Assembly: GCA_001643675.2 (NCBI GenBank)
Contig: LSRY02000007.1
Coordinates: 1,116,001 to 1,180,000, forward strand
Origin: Monocercomonoides exilis PA203
Lineage: Eukaryota; Protista; Preaxostyla
Length of the DNA: 64,000 bases
Reading direction: 5' to 3'
A program made the position numbers and the translations under genes. Below the pieces are notes generated by a model, which saw only the letters and a list, made by a program, of their open reading frames with translations, was not told the DNA's origin and searched no databases. This document shows positions 52,831 to 64,000 of this stretch, one piece after another; positions within the stretch are counted from its first letter, which is position 1, and each line of letters opens with the position of its first letter.

Positions 52831-53246
52831 TCATGAAGTGATTAAAGAAGAAAGAAAAAAGGTTGAAGAGGCTGCTTGTTTGACTCAGACAAATATCAAA
52901 TATTGACGTCATATGTCAATTTTTTTTTTGAAAAGTTCCTTTTATTCAATTTGCAAATATATCAATAATTTTATTTATTCATCAATTTCCTGTATCCACT
53001 CAAGTAGTTTCACTTAAATTTTTTAAAACAGCATTTTCAAATTTGAACTACCTTTTTAGTTAAGTTTGATAAGTGGGTTCTGATTATTGATCGAAGTGTG
53101 AAATTAATATTTTGTTTGAAAATTATACAAAAGTTTCTTTTAAAATACAATTTGACAGTTTTGTTTGAAAAAAAGAAATGGTAGAAATAAATAGCAGACG
53201 CTGAACTTTATTTTAACTATTTACAGCACAAACACTGTTTCATGTG

Positions 53247-53295
<49 letters not shown>
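53247..53295. repeat. Long poly(A) tract
   Basis: ~49 A; similar tracts at ~9437-9483 and ~57559-57620. Confidence 0.85.
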
Positions 53296-53297
<2 letters not shown>

Positions 53298-53459
53298 TAT
53301 TTTCGAATTGAAATTAGCAATAAGATCATACTGCATTAAATAAGGAATGAAACTTCATTTCAAATTATTGAAAATTGATAATTATTGAATTGTGCGATTA
53401 GAATATTTTTCAAAATAAAAAAAATATAAAAATTGAAAAAATGGGAGAAAATACAGACT

Positions 53460-53710
53460 TTTAAGCTTTTTTTGCACAAAGCACGAAAAAATTGTTTCAC
53501 TCAATTCTTTATTTCGCTTTCTCAGATTTCAAAATAAATTTGATTTTCAATTTCGTAAACAGGCATCGTTGAAATCAAAAAAGAAAGTTTTCCAACATTT
53601 CACGAATGTCAAAAAATGGACTGATTTTTAATGAGTTTTTTGTTCTCAAAAATTCAACGAGAAGTGCATAATTTTTCTATGAAAATGCCTGAAGCAAAAT
53701 ATTTAACTCC
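53460..53710. repeat. Dispersed non-coding repeat (second copy ~59170-59415, partial inverted copy ~4730-4795)
   Basis: Shared AAGCTTTTTTTGCACAAAGCAC...CATCGTTGAAATCAAAA...TTTCACGAATGTCAAAAAAT...AGTGCATAATTTTTC. Confidence 0.75.
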
Positions 53711-55812
53711 ATCTGTGTAATTCTTTTTGAGAAGTCGCAAACGTTTAATTTCCAAATAAAAAATTTTTTCTTATTTTGCTAAAATTTTTGTTTCCATTCG
53801 AGAATCTTTTTAAGAACGTGTGAAATAGCATCATCCAGAAATAGATTCAATATTAGAGAAGTTTGGTGAATGTCAACAAAAATTAAAGCAAAATATGAAA
53901 ATTTTGATTTATATGAAAATTAAACATTTGCAACTTTTCAAACTGAATTAGACATACACATTTATCTTGTATTTCACTTCAGTTCACTTTTTTAAAAACA
54001 ACCAAAAAAATGAAAAATTTTATCACTTATTAACATAAACAATAATACATTTGTTAATTTCTCTTTATTAACTCACATTTTCAAATTCCAAATAAACACA
54101 TATTCAATTTTTTAAATATGAAATAACAAAAAAATGTTTAAACTTCATATAAAACAAATATCACAAATTAAAAAAAAACACTTCGTTTTAAAAAAATGGA
54201 AACTATTTCTATAATAAAAATTCAAATATAATCGATAATTTATTACATATCATTAGAAATCATTTATTTTCAAAATTATATAATAATTAATCAAAATTAC
54301 ATAGACAAATAAAATTCAAACAATTGCAAATAATTTCTTAAAATTTGAATAAAGTTCAAAAAAATCAAATATTCACACTTTCGATAAAAATTATAATTAT
54401 TGTTTTGTATTTTTCAATCAATTCGTAAATAATACCTAAAATTGTTTTTTATCAAAAATTCATTAATCTTGTCATAAAATCTAGACATATATATAACTTT
54501 TGATCTATAATGTTTTCGATCGAAATATTGTTATTTTTGTTCCGCACACGTTATAAAGATTTGATTGTGAAAAAGATTTGATATTTGAAAGAATAAAATG
54601 TTTATTATTGAGAGATTATAAAATAGAAATCGTTTTAAATGAAGATTTAAGTTTTGAAAGAATATAGTTTATTTATTGTGGTTTAAAAGTGTCTAATTTT
54701 TAGATATTTTGGTATTTAAAAAATTAAATGAAAAATATTGAAAATTGAAGTGTGTTAAAAATAAGAGTGAAATGAGAGGTTTATGTATTGATTTTTTTTT
54801 TTGATTTTTTCGGTTTTCGTGAAATTTGAGACTTCAGATAAATAAAAAATATTATTTTTGTAAACTTAATTTTTTTTTAAATGCGCATTTTTTATCTAAT
54901 TTTACTTTTTTTTCCAGAAAGGAACAGGTTTTGAGAGTTGTATTTAATTACAAAAATAGATTTGTTAGATCTGAAATATTTAATAATTGTTTAAAAGACA
55001 ACTAGGATATTTTTTGAAATTTTTCAACAATGGAAAAATGAAACACAAAAATTGAAGATGGTTAACAGAGCTTATTCAAATTTGAAATGCTCAACTCCTG
55101 AGAACTGGAAATTTCTGTTGTAGCTGTTACTGTTCCAATGCTTGTTTTGTTTCTATACTGAATGAACTGTTTCACAGTTGAAGAGCGACCTTCAGTTTCA
55201 TTGTTCCAAAGTGTGGAATCCAGGTCAGTCAAAATACTCAAATGTTCTTCATTCCATTTGATGATGAATATATTTTCTGTCATATTCTTTTCTTTGATTT
55301 AGTATATTCTCATTGGATCTTGCATTTTCATGTGTTCGCAACCTTTTCACAAAGAAAACAGGACATCTATGTTCTATCATTTTCTCTAATTTTTTATGTC
55401 TACCAATTGTTGCAACTGTAGGCTTTGATTTGCACAAACCGCCCACAAAAATCTGTTAATTATTTGGAAGTTACTGAAGAATTATTCAACATTTATTATT
55501 ATTTCAATTTTTGAATTTTCAGGCTGAATATATTTTTTTAACCTGCATATCGATAACTATCATACAAAAATTTGAATAAATGATTGTTTCTCTTTTTTCA
55601 ATGGCATATGTCTATTTTGTACCAATTTGGAGAGGATTTTTTAAAATTTTTTATTAGCAAAATATCAATTCTTATTATTATCACAAATAAACCTATAATG
55701 GATAAAGTGGAAATTCTTCCATCGAAATTTTTACTTAATAAAAAAATTTTTTTATTATTCTAACTTTTTGATAATTATTATAAAAAAACATTGATTATTA
55801 TTATTATTAGAG

Positions 55813-56767
55813 ATGATCACAAACGAGGAACATAATACAATTTTCACATTTTCAAAATTTTAAATCCCTTCAAAAGGTTCTGGTGACTTTTTTCTTGAGC
55901 TTCTAATGAAAACTGGAATAACAAAAGATATCGTATGATGTTGTAACCGCAAAAGATAAATGCTATTGAAAAAGTTGAGGAATGTTGGAAGAAATTATTT
56001 TTATCGATGCATCAAATGCGGAAAAGAAGTGAATTGGAATAAAAATTCAATATTTGAAACAATAAAATTACAACCTTACGAAATATTGAGCTTATTATAC
56101 CATTTTTGGTACGAACATTCTATTTTTGAAACAGTCAAAGAAACAAAAATATCAAAAGCTCAATTTTAAAATTCAACGAACTCTTGAGAAGGATTTGTAT
56201 TTACAAAGAAATCAACAAAACAGAAAAAATTGGAGAAAACAGAGAAGTGGAAATTGACGAATCACTAGTGTCAAAAAGCAAGAACAACGTGGGAAGAATT
56301 AGAACACAACATTGGATATGTGCAGTGATTGAAAGAAAAAAGGAAATTTGGAATAAAAGTTACGAATAGAAAATAAATTAAAAAGAAAAGAAAAAACCAG
56401 AATAAAATATGTCAACAAGTTTATGTGACAAAGTTCGCAAATTCATTCAGGCAAATGATCTAAATACGTTGGAATAACCAAAGAAGAATTCAAACTTGAA
56501 AGTGTGAACCATTCAGAAAATTTTGTTAATCCAATTAACAAACGAATACACACACAAACAATAGAATGTATATGGTCTCACACAAAACACCATATACCAA
56601 TTAGAGGACGGACATTTTCAAAGAAAAAAGAATACATTTATGAAATTGTTTATAGATTTAACAACAAAGCGAACTTACAAAAATTCTTCTACGACTTGGC
56701 AAACACAAACGAGAAGGAGCAAAAAGCATTTTTGACTACGTACAAAGAATGCGAAAAAGAAAAATGA
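55813..56767 (+). mobile_element. IS1595/ISXO2 (Merlin) transposase pseudogene
   Basis: YRCIKC zinc ribbon, VEIDES, GR..HWICAVIER, VNHSENFVNP..HTQTIECIWS; internal deletion and frameshifts. Confidence 0.85.
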
Positions 56768-57426
56768 AAACTTTTCGAGTTGAAAAATAAAAAAGACAAT
56801 AACTCTTTGAAAAAAGCTGTTGGTGAAAAAGTTCCAAAGGAATGTGTGTTTTTCGATGAATATGATTAAGATGCACTCCAGAAGAAAGAAAAACGTTGTC
56901 GAATTATAATGTTGAAAGATAAAAGTGTGTATGTGTGCTGTTTTTTTGTGCATTATTTCAATTTTTTGTGAAAGGCTTCGTTGGCTAAAAAATGCCACTT
57001 GAAAATAAACAAAAAGTATAAATATGTCAAAATTTTTTTGAAAAGTTTTTTTTGTTTTATTGTCAGGTCAAAATGAAAAATGAATATTTTCTTCAAATTT
57101 TCATTCTTACTCACCATAATTTTTAAGAATGTGAAAAAAACATTATCGAGCATTAATTCACATGCTGGTTAATTTTGGTGAGTAAGAATGAAAATTTGAT
57201 CGAAATATGTAATTTTTTTTTATTCGAAAATTAAACAAAAGGAACTTGTCAAAAAAATTTTGACATATCTCAATTTGTTTAAAAGAAAAACTAAACATCT
57301 GAGTCACATGGCTTCTGACGTGAACATTTTTGGAGAAACGTGATGTGATAGAAAAAAACTTTTGTTCAGTCATTATTTAAATTCCACTTTTGGAAAAAAA
57401 AATAAGCATTATTAATTACGATTGAT

Positions 57427-57557
57427 GGCAAATGTGCACTATTGCGGAACATCAGAATTGGCTTTATTATATGATAAAAGTATTTATCATAATTTAATAT
57501 TTATTCGTTCAAAATATCTGAGTTAGGAAATCATTCTGTGTTGAAATATTAAATTAC

Positions 57558-57624
<67 letters not shown>

Positions 57625-58920
57625 TTTGGGACGTGAAATTTTTTCTTAATAAAAGTGAAAAAATTATTTGTAAACGTTTTAAATGATTATTCTGAGGTGC
57701 TATATCCAGTCGAACTTTCTCCGTCTCCTGCCCAAAATGGATCTGAATTATCTTCTACTTCAATTTCAGGAAAAATACCATCTGCATCTGGGATTTCTTC
57801 TTCATCCATTTCCACGATAATTTCATTTTCCTCTACAATCAATTCATCAGGTTCATAATGAATCAAATCTTTCATCACATCTTCAAACTCAAGCTTCGAT
57901 GAACTTTTAACCAAAAACATTGCAATCTGATCAGAAATATATATCATTCTCATTCCGGACTGATGAAAAGATGACCTTAAATGCTTCCATAACCCTTCAA
58001 TTGTGTTTGTGCAAGCCTTATTCTCTTTATTGAAGAATTCCCGCTTGTGGCAGACTGTTTCATGTAAATAACCAAACGTACTCAAACATTGGTAAGCTTT
58101 CCATTCGTCAGAATATATCTTTGTGCCAATTTTGATGTGATCCAGCCTTATTGGAATCAATGTATCTTTGGTTCCGTATGGTACTATCATCATGAATCTA
58201 TAACCTGCTTCTCCACCTGCCAACCTTTCAAATCCTCCAAATATCCAGATCAACTTCTTCTTTTTTCCTTCATGGTCTTTCCTTCTCCAAACTGCTTAAT
58301 TTATCTCCACAATTTTCTCCTTTCCTCCAATTTTTTTGCTGGTTTATGTTTTTAATTCGTATGCAGCAGTATATCATAACACAAGCCCAATATGATATTG
58401 TTTTTCTATTCACAGACAATAACAATGAAACAGGTTTAATTGGTATTTTTAACAAGATGAATAGTAATACAAGAAGAGCAACTCCAAGTGGCTTTTTCAT
58501 ATTTTCGAAAACTGTTCCTTCATAAACGGAACTCTTGAATTTTCTGCATCTGGGACAAATCCAATGTCTGTATCCTTCTTCCATTCTGCACGTTTTTTCT
58601 ATTTTGTGAATTCTGCACACTGGTGCGATTCCATCTCGCAGCACTGTGAAATACAAATTCCACGCTTTCTCTTTGTCATTAAACGTGCGATTCATCAATG
58701 AAATTGTTCTATCTTTCAAGATCAAATTAGGTTCAGCCATGAAAAATGTTGATCATTCCCTTAAATTGAGAAAAATTTTTTGTTCATAAAATTTTCAGAA
58801 AAAAATTATTAACAAGTTTTAACACAATATAAACAAGTTAAAATAGTATAATTATCATCATTAATTTGTTTTAATATTTTTGAATGGTTTTTGAATGTTC
58901 AGGTATTATACACTTTTGCC
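57427..58920 (-). mobile_element. Merlin (IS1595/ISXO2) element; transposase 57687..58740 with a frameshift near 58260-58330
   Basis: WICPRC, WIFGGFER, IYSDEWKAY, VCH..EF, CTNTIEGLW. Possible degraded TIRs GGCAAATGTGCACTA (57427) and TATACACTTTTGCC (58920); no clear TSD. Confidence 0.8.
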
Positions 58921-60489
58921 TATATAATTTCTAGAATTGTCTTCTGATGGAACTTCTTCTGAAACCCGCCTCCTCATCAAACTCTCCTTCCTCCTTCGCT
59001 TTTCCATATCTTCAGAATTTCGTGTTTTCAGAAAAATTAATAGCGAATGCTGAACAAAAAAGGATACACACAATTATTCCTTGTTGTATTTTTTTTGGTC
59101 GCAATCTTTTACTCTCCCTGCTTTCTTGGAGTTTCTTCTTTTATGTATTTTGGGGAAAATACAGATTCTCAAGCTTTTTTTGCACAAAGCACAAATATTT
59201 TGTTTTTCTCATGACTTTATATTGCATTCACATATTTCGAAATAAATTTGAATTTAATGTCAGAAAACAATCATCGTTGAAATCAAAACATTAAGTTTTC
59301 CAATATTTCACGAATGTCAAAAAATAAACTTATTTTTATTGTGTTTTTTGATATAAAAAAGTCAATGAAAAGTGCATAATTTTTCAATGAAAATGCATGA
59401 AGTGAAATATTTTGACCCATATGTCAAATATTTTTTTGTGAATAAGATATTTTCTGTTCTGTTCCCTTTTTCATTCACTAACTTAACAATACCTCAAGCA
59501 CACATAAAGTCTCTCATCAAAATCTTTGATTGCTTCCACTTTTCTATATCTTCGCAACCTCATCCGCTCTCCAAGCTTCCATTAACACATCCGCATATTC
59601 TCTTTTTCTTCTATTTTATATAATCTTGTTCCTTTTTTTGCATTATCTGCGCTTATGAATTTTTGTCTGTATTCTGTTGATCTTTCAGTCTTTCATCAAA
59701 TTGTATTCTCTTCGCAATTTTTTATTCCACAGTTTCACATTTTGCAAAAGCGGCTTTCTCTCCTCCTTTTAAATCTATTCTCTTTTTCTGAATTTTGATC
59801 AAACTCATCTTTTTCTCATTTCATAAATTGCGAGCTCTTCCAAAGTTCCTGCTCTTGCAGCTCTTGTGTCGAATTCAACATTGAAAGCATCCCAACCATC
59901 ATTTTTTTGAAAATGCAATTTCTTTCTCCCTTTCATCATCTTCTTTCTCTTTCTCTTATCCTTTTCTTCCTTTTTCGCTTCCCTCTCATTTGACTCTCTC
60001 AACATTATCACATTCATCACACACCATGGATGCTTTATCATTTGCTTCACAAGTGTCTCATTTCGATGTTCAAAACTGTTCACTTCTCTTCTTCAAAATC
60101 CTTTCCATTCTCTCTCTTCCATAGGTTCTCAGCAGCATTAGAAGCATTAAAACAATGGCTTATCTAGTGCTTCCATCCATGGAGGATTTAGGCTCATCCT
60201 GAAACTTTTCTTTCTTTTCTGAACCCGCTGCTCTCATCCATGTTCCCTCTCAGACTCGTTTGTGTGGCATAGGTCTAAATTGGACCAGTTGCGAATTTCA
60301 CTGTTTTTTATAAAATTTTGGCAATATTATTGATTGTTATAATTTATTATCTCTGTATTTTCTCAAAAATTCAAAAAACAATAGAATTAAATTTTCAAAT
60401 AAAAAATTCTAAAATTTTTGATCGATAACCCACAATAAAATAATTTTTATTCGAAATACAAATTAATAAAATCATTTGAAGGCACTTTG

Positions 60490-61792
60490 ATGAGTGTTGA
60501 AACCACAGATGTTGAATTACCAACTTTCACGAGATTCTTAATCAATTCAGTTGGAAGTGATAAGAAAGCATTAGAGATATTTTAATCATTTGGCATTTTG
60601 AAAGAAAAGGTAAGATGCAGAGTGTGCAAAAATGAATTGATTTTAAAACTGGAGAAAAGTGAAAAAGAATTACTCCTATAGATGTGTGAAATGCGGATTA
60701 GAAGAATATTGGACGAACCAAATAATTTTTTGTTGAAGAAAAATATCACCATTCATCATTATGTGTTTGCTGTATCATTTTTGGAGCAAACACTCTCCTG
60801 ATGAAACGGTTGAGGAAACTATGACATAAAAACAAACTGACATATGTTTCAATGAACAAATGAGAAGAATATGTACTTTTATTGAAATGAATAAAAAGGA
60901 AAAAATTGGAAATGATAAAATAGTCGAAATGGATGAAACGCTTATTTCCAAAAGGAAAAATGGAAAAGGAAGAGTATGAAAAGAGCAATGGATGTGGTGT
61001 GCGCTAGAACGGAAAAATGAAACAAATGAAAGAAAAATGAAAATTGAATTTTGGCAAGACAGAACAGAAGAAACATTAATGAAAAACATCAAAAACGATA
61101 TTGTTTCATCAACCACACTTTTCTCTGACATGTGGTCAGCCTACAACAATATTATAAAAGAAGAATATATACTAGAAAGTGTCAATCACAAAGTAAATTT
61201 TGAAAAACCAGAATACAAATCAGTTGACACTCAAACAATTGAATCCATGTTGTCGCACATTAAACAGTGGATTCCAAAAAGAGGAAGGTCATTCACGAAA
61301 AAAAAGAAATGCATTTACGAACACATTTACAGATTTAACAATGGAAAGAAACTGAAACGATTTTTTCACGACGTTTCGAAAATCAGCGTTGAAGAATTAA
61401 AAGACATCCTCATAACATTTGAAGACTATGAAAAAGTAATAAATGAAACGTTAAAAAAAGAAAAACAAAAGATGAACGAAATGAACGAAAAGAAAAAAAG
61501 AAAAGAACACGAATTTCGAGAAGAGTATTTATCTTTCAATGAAGATGATTTGGATGCGTTGCCAAAGAAAAGGAAAAGAAAAAGAACAAAAAATATTCAG
61601 AAAAGAGATTCAACAACAAACATAAATGAAATAGAAAACGAAATATCAAACGAAGTTGTTGATAACGTTGAAGAAGGTGGTGAAGAAGGTTGTGAAGAAG
61701 GTTGTGAAGAAGATAGAGAAACAGACATTGATCAAAGAGATGAAAAAATATTATCAGACATATATGGTTTTTTTGAAGAAAGGAAAAAATGA
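60490..61792 (+). mobile_element. IS1595/ISXO2 (Merlin) transposase pseudogene with an acidic C-terminal extension
   Basis: CRVC, VEMDET, WMWCALER, FSDMWSAY, VNHKVNF, TQTIES; close paralog of the 55813-56767 copy. Confidence 0.85.
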
Positions 61793-62229
61793 AAGCGAAA
61801 AACAACAACATTCAAACAACAAACGGATATTATTAGCAAAGGAAGTGAAACCCTTCATGAAAACACAGAATTTTATATCAATCAGAGAGTGAAAACATTC
61901 AATAAAAATGGGAAAGCAGACTGAAGAAACTGGAAGATCAGTTTCACACAAGGTTTCTAAGAAGCAAAATGAAAACAAAAACAGCTGGTTCTATCACCAA
62001 ACCAGTCTTGTTGTTGCTTTCTATAACAAATTCGTCCAGTTGATTCATTTTTGTTATATTTATATTCATATTCACATCAACGGATTCGATAAACATTTTT
62101 AATTTCATATAATTCAAATTAACTTATAAACATATTTCTATTGAGAAGGAATCAATATTCTTTAATTTGGAGGGATTTGCATTCAACATATAGAATCTCT
62201 CATTAATAATGAAAACTCATTTTATGATA

Positions 62230-64000
62230 CAATACATTAATTCGAACAATTCTCTTCTCAACATCAACCAATGAGCAACTCCATGTGCATAATCCTTCTT
62301 TTATTTATTCAACCTCCTCATTGATTATCTCTTCATCTTTTTCTCCATCACATACACATGTTTCAACCTTCACTTCCTTGGATTGTCTTATCTGCATCAT
62401 GCTTCCCTTCTCCACCGAATTCGTGCTTTTTCCAAACGAGCAGTTCAGTGATCTCACCTCTTTCTCATCATCTTCCATCCCAATCACACACTTCTCCAAC
62501 AGCAGAGTCACATTCTCAACTCCCATCTCTTTCATATCCACTTTCGCTTTTCTCTCAACACTCACAATATCTCCCTCACATTCGATGTTTGAAATAATTG
62601 CTTCATCAATAATCACATTCTGTTCTTCATGGAATAAAAGAATTGATCTTGCTGAATGAATATCTCTGAATGTTGTTTCCGATATCTTCAGTTCTCCACT
62701 TTCCACGCTCACAATTGAACTGTTCAGCTTCATGTCTTCTGCTGTTGCTGATGAGTAGAACTCGCATTTTTGGATCTCCATTGACCAGTTCTTCACTTTC
62801 ATGATGTAGCTGTGAGAAGCCTCAAACGTATCTTCAAACTCGAATGAGCACCTCTCCACAGCGCTTTCGTTTATAAACTCCATGATGCAATCCTTCTCTG
62901 CCGATTTCTCAATCTTAGATTTCAGCTTCACAATCGCCTGAGACTTTTTGAATGAATTCACATTCAGATCTCCAATCACTCATTCTTCTGTCACAAACCA
63001 TTCCCCATCAATCAGAATCGCATTCATCACTCCTTCCTGAATGTGATCAACCGCGCAGTTGATGCTGCTGCATGGACTGCTCTGCTCCCCGCATCGTCTG
63101 CCATCCACTCCTCCTGCATTTACAAATACATGAAGGCCTTTTAAGTATGTGATCAGCGGAATCAGATCCATGTTAGCATTTCCTTTTGAATCGCATGCGC
63201 AGATGGAGTTGTCTGAGTCCAATGATTCCTGGTTGTAGTTCAAAGTGAACAGTGTTTCGTTGATCTACTTTTCAATCCAGAAGCATTTGATGAATATATC
63301 ATTCCCTTCATGTTCCTCATTCGAATAAAACATGATGTTCACAATGTTGAAATTCAGATGCGGAATTTGATTATCTTCAGCATCATTCGCATTCGAGTCT
63401 GCTCCATCGATGAACAGCCCTCCTCCTCGCCCTGTCTCAGTTGAGCATTTGCACATCGAAAACGAGCTGTTATTCACCTTCAAAACCGATTCTTCACTCT
63501 TCAGCACCACTTTCATTCCTCCTCCCTCAGTGCTCAAATCGCTCCTGCATGTGGACATTGTGCAGTCCTCGATCGTGCAATCTATCGCATTCTCAAACGA
63601 TCCCAATTCAATGACGCTTGCACTGCTTCCTTCGTTCTTGATGTTTTCAAGCGAACAGTACACAACTTTCAACACAGGTTTGTGCCATTCAAATGAGTAT
63701 TTTCATTTCCATTCATCTGGTTTTCCTCTTCTATCATCGAAATCAGGCTGTTTGCTGTCAAAGTGACTGATGAAATCTTCACATTCTGCATCGTCACTTG
63801 GCTCGCACTTGGGCTGAAAGCGATGAATCCTTTCAATTCGTTGATCTTATTCAATTGGCAGCTCTGAATTGCTGCGCTCCCTCCATTCACTCTCATCACG
63901 CAATATCCTGCGGTCTCTGTCAGCCCTGTCAAAGATCCAAATGAGCAGTCTGTGACAGATAAGAGTGTATTTGTTCCTGACGATTCAATGAATACTTCAT
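62230..64000 (-). pseudogene. Disrupted internal segment of a giant surface-protein paralog (runs off the window)
   Basis: GRGGGLFIDG, GNDIFIKC..EK*INETLF, GVDGRRCGEQSSPCSSI; frameshift ~63670, TAG 63265, TGA 62980. Confidence 0.8.

Noticed and set aside
55062-55446. ORF starting MGGLCK (myristoylation-like)
   Set aside because: Start codon is GTG, the frame is short and broken, and there is no other support
57559-57620. Poly(A) tracts as retroposon tails (also 9437, 53247)
   Set aside because: No upstream SINE/LINE body or TSD seen; homopolymer length may be unreliable
1-64000. CRISPR arrays, rRNA or tRNA genes
   Set aside because: No repeat-spacer array or recognisable structural RNA seen by eye; tRNAscan/Infernal not run

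Overview
AT-rich, intron-containing eukaryotic (protist) DNA. Gene style and the giant Cys/Gly-rich repeat + TM + degenerate-kinase family resemble an oxymonad such as Monocercomonoides (inference). The left ~25 kb holds several apparently intact genes: a spliced 5'-nucleotidase-like phosphoesterase, an intronless GNAT acetyltransferase, a STIMATE/TMEM110-like membrane protein, an EHD/dynamin-like GTPase with two TM segments and a long charged tail, and a Zn-finger/low-complexity protein. It also holds a ~8.1 kb lightly disrupted giant receptor-pseudokinase gene. The rest is mostly a transposon and pseudogene graveyard: a structurally complete DIRS1-type tyrosine-recombinase retrotransposon (ITRs + ICR, gag, RT/RNase H/methyltransferase-like, YR), five IS1595/ISXO2 (Merlin) transposase copies, two pogo-like DDE_1 remnants, two palindromic MITEs and several orphan pieces of the giant surface-protein family. 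The most unusual item is a Sola-like DDE transposase reading frame that contains an in-frame ubiquitin-specific protease (USP/C19) domain. Exon boundaries were assigned by eye.
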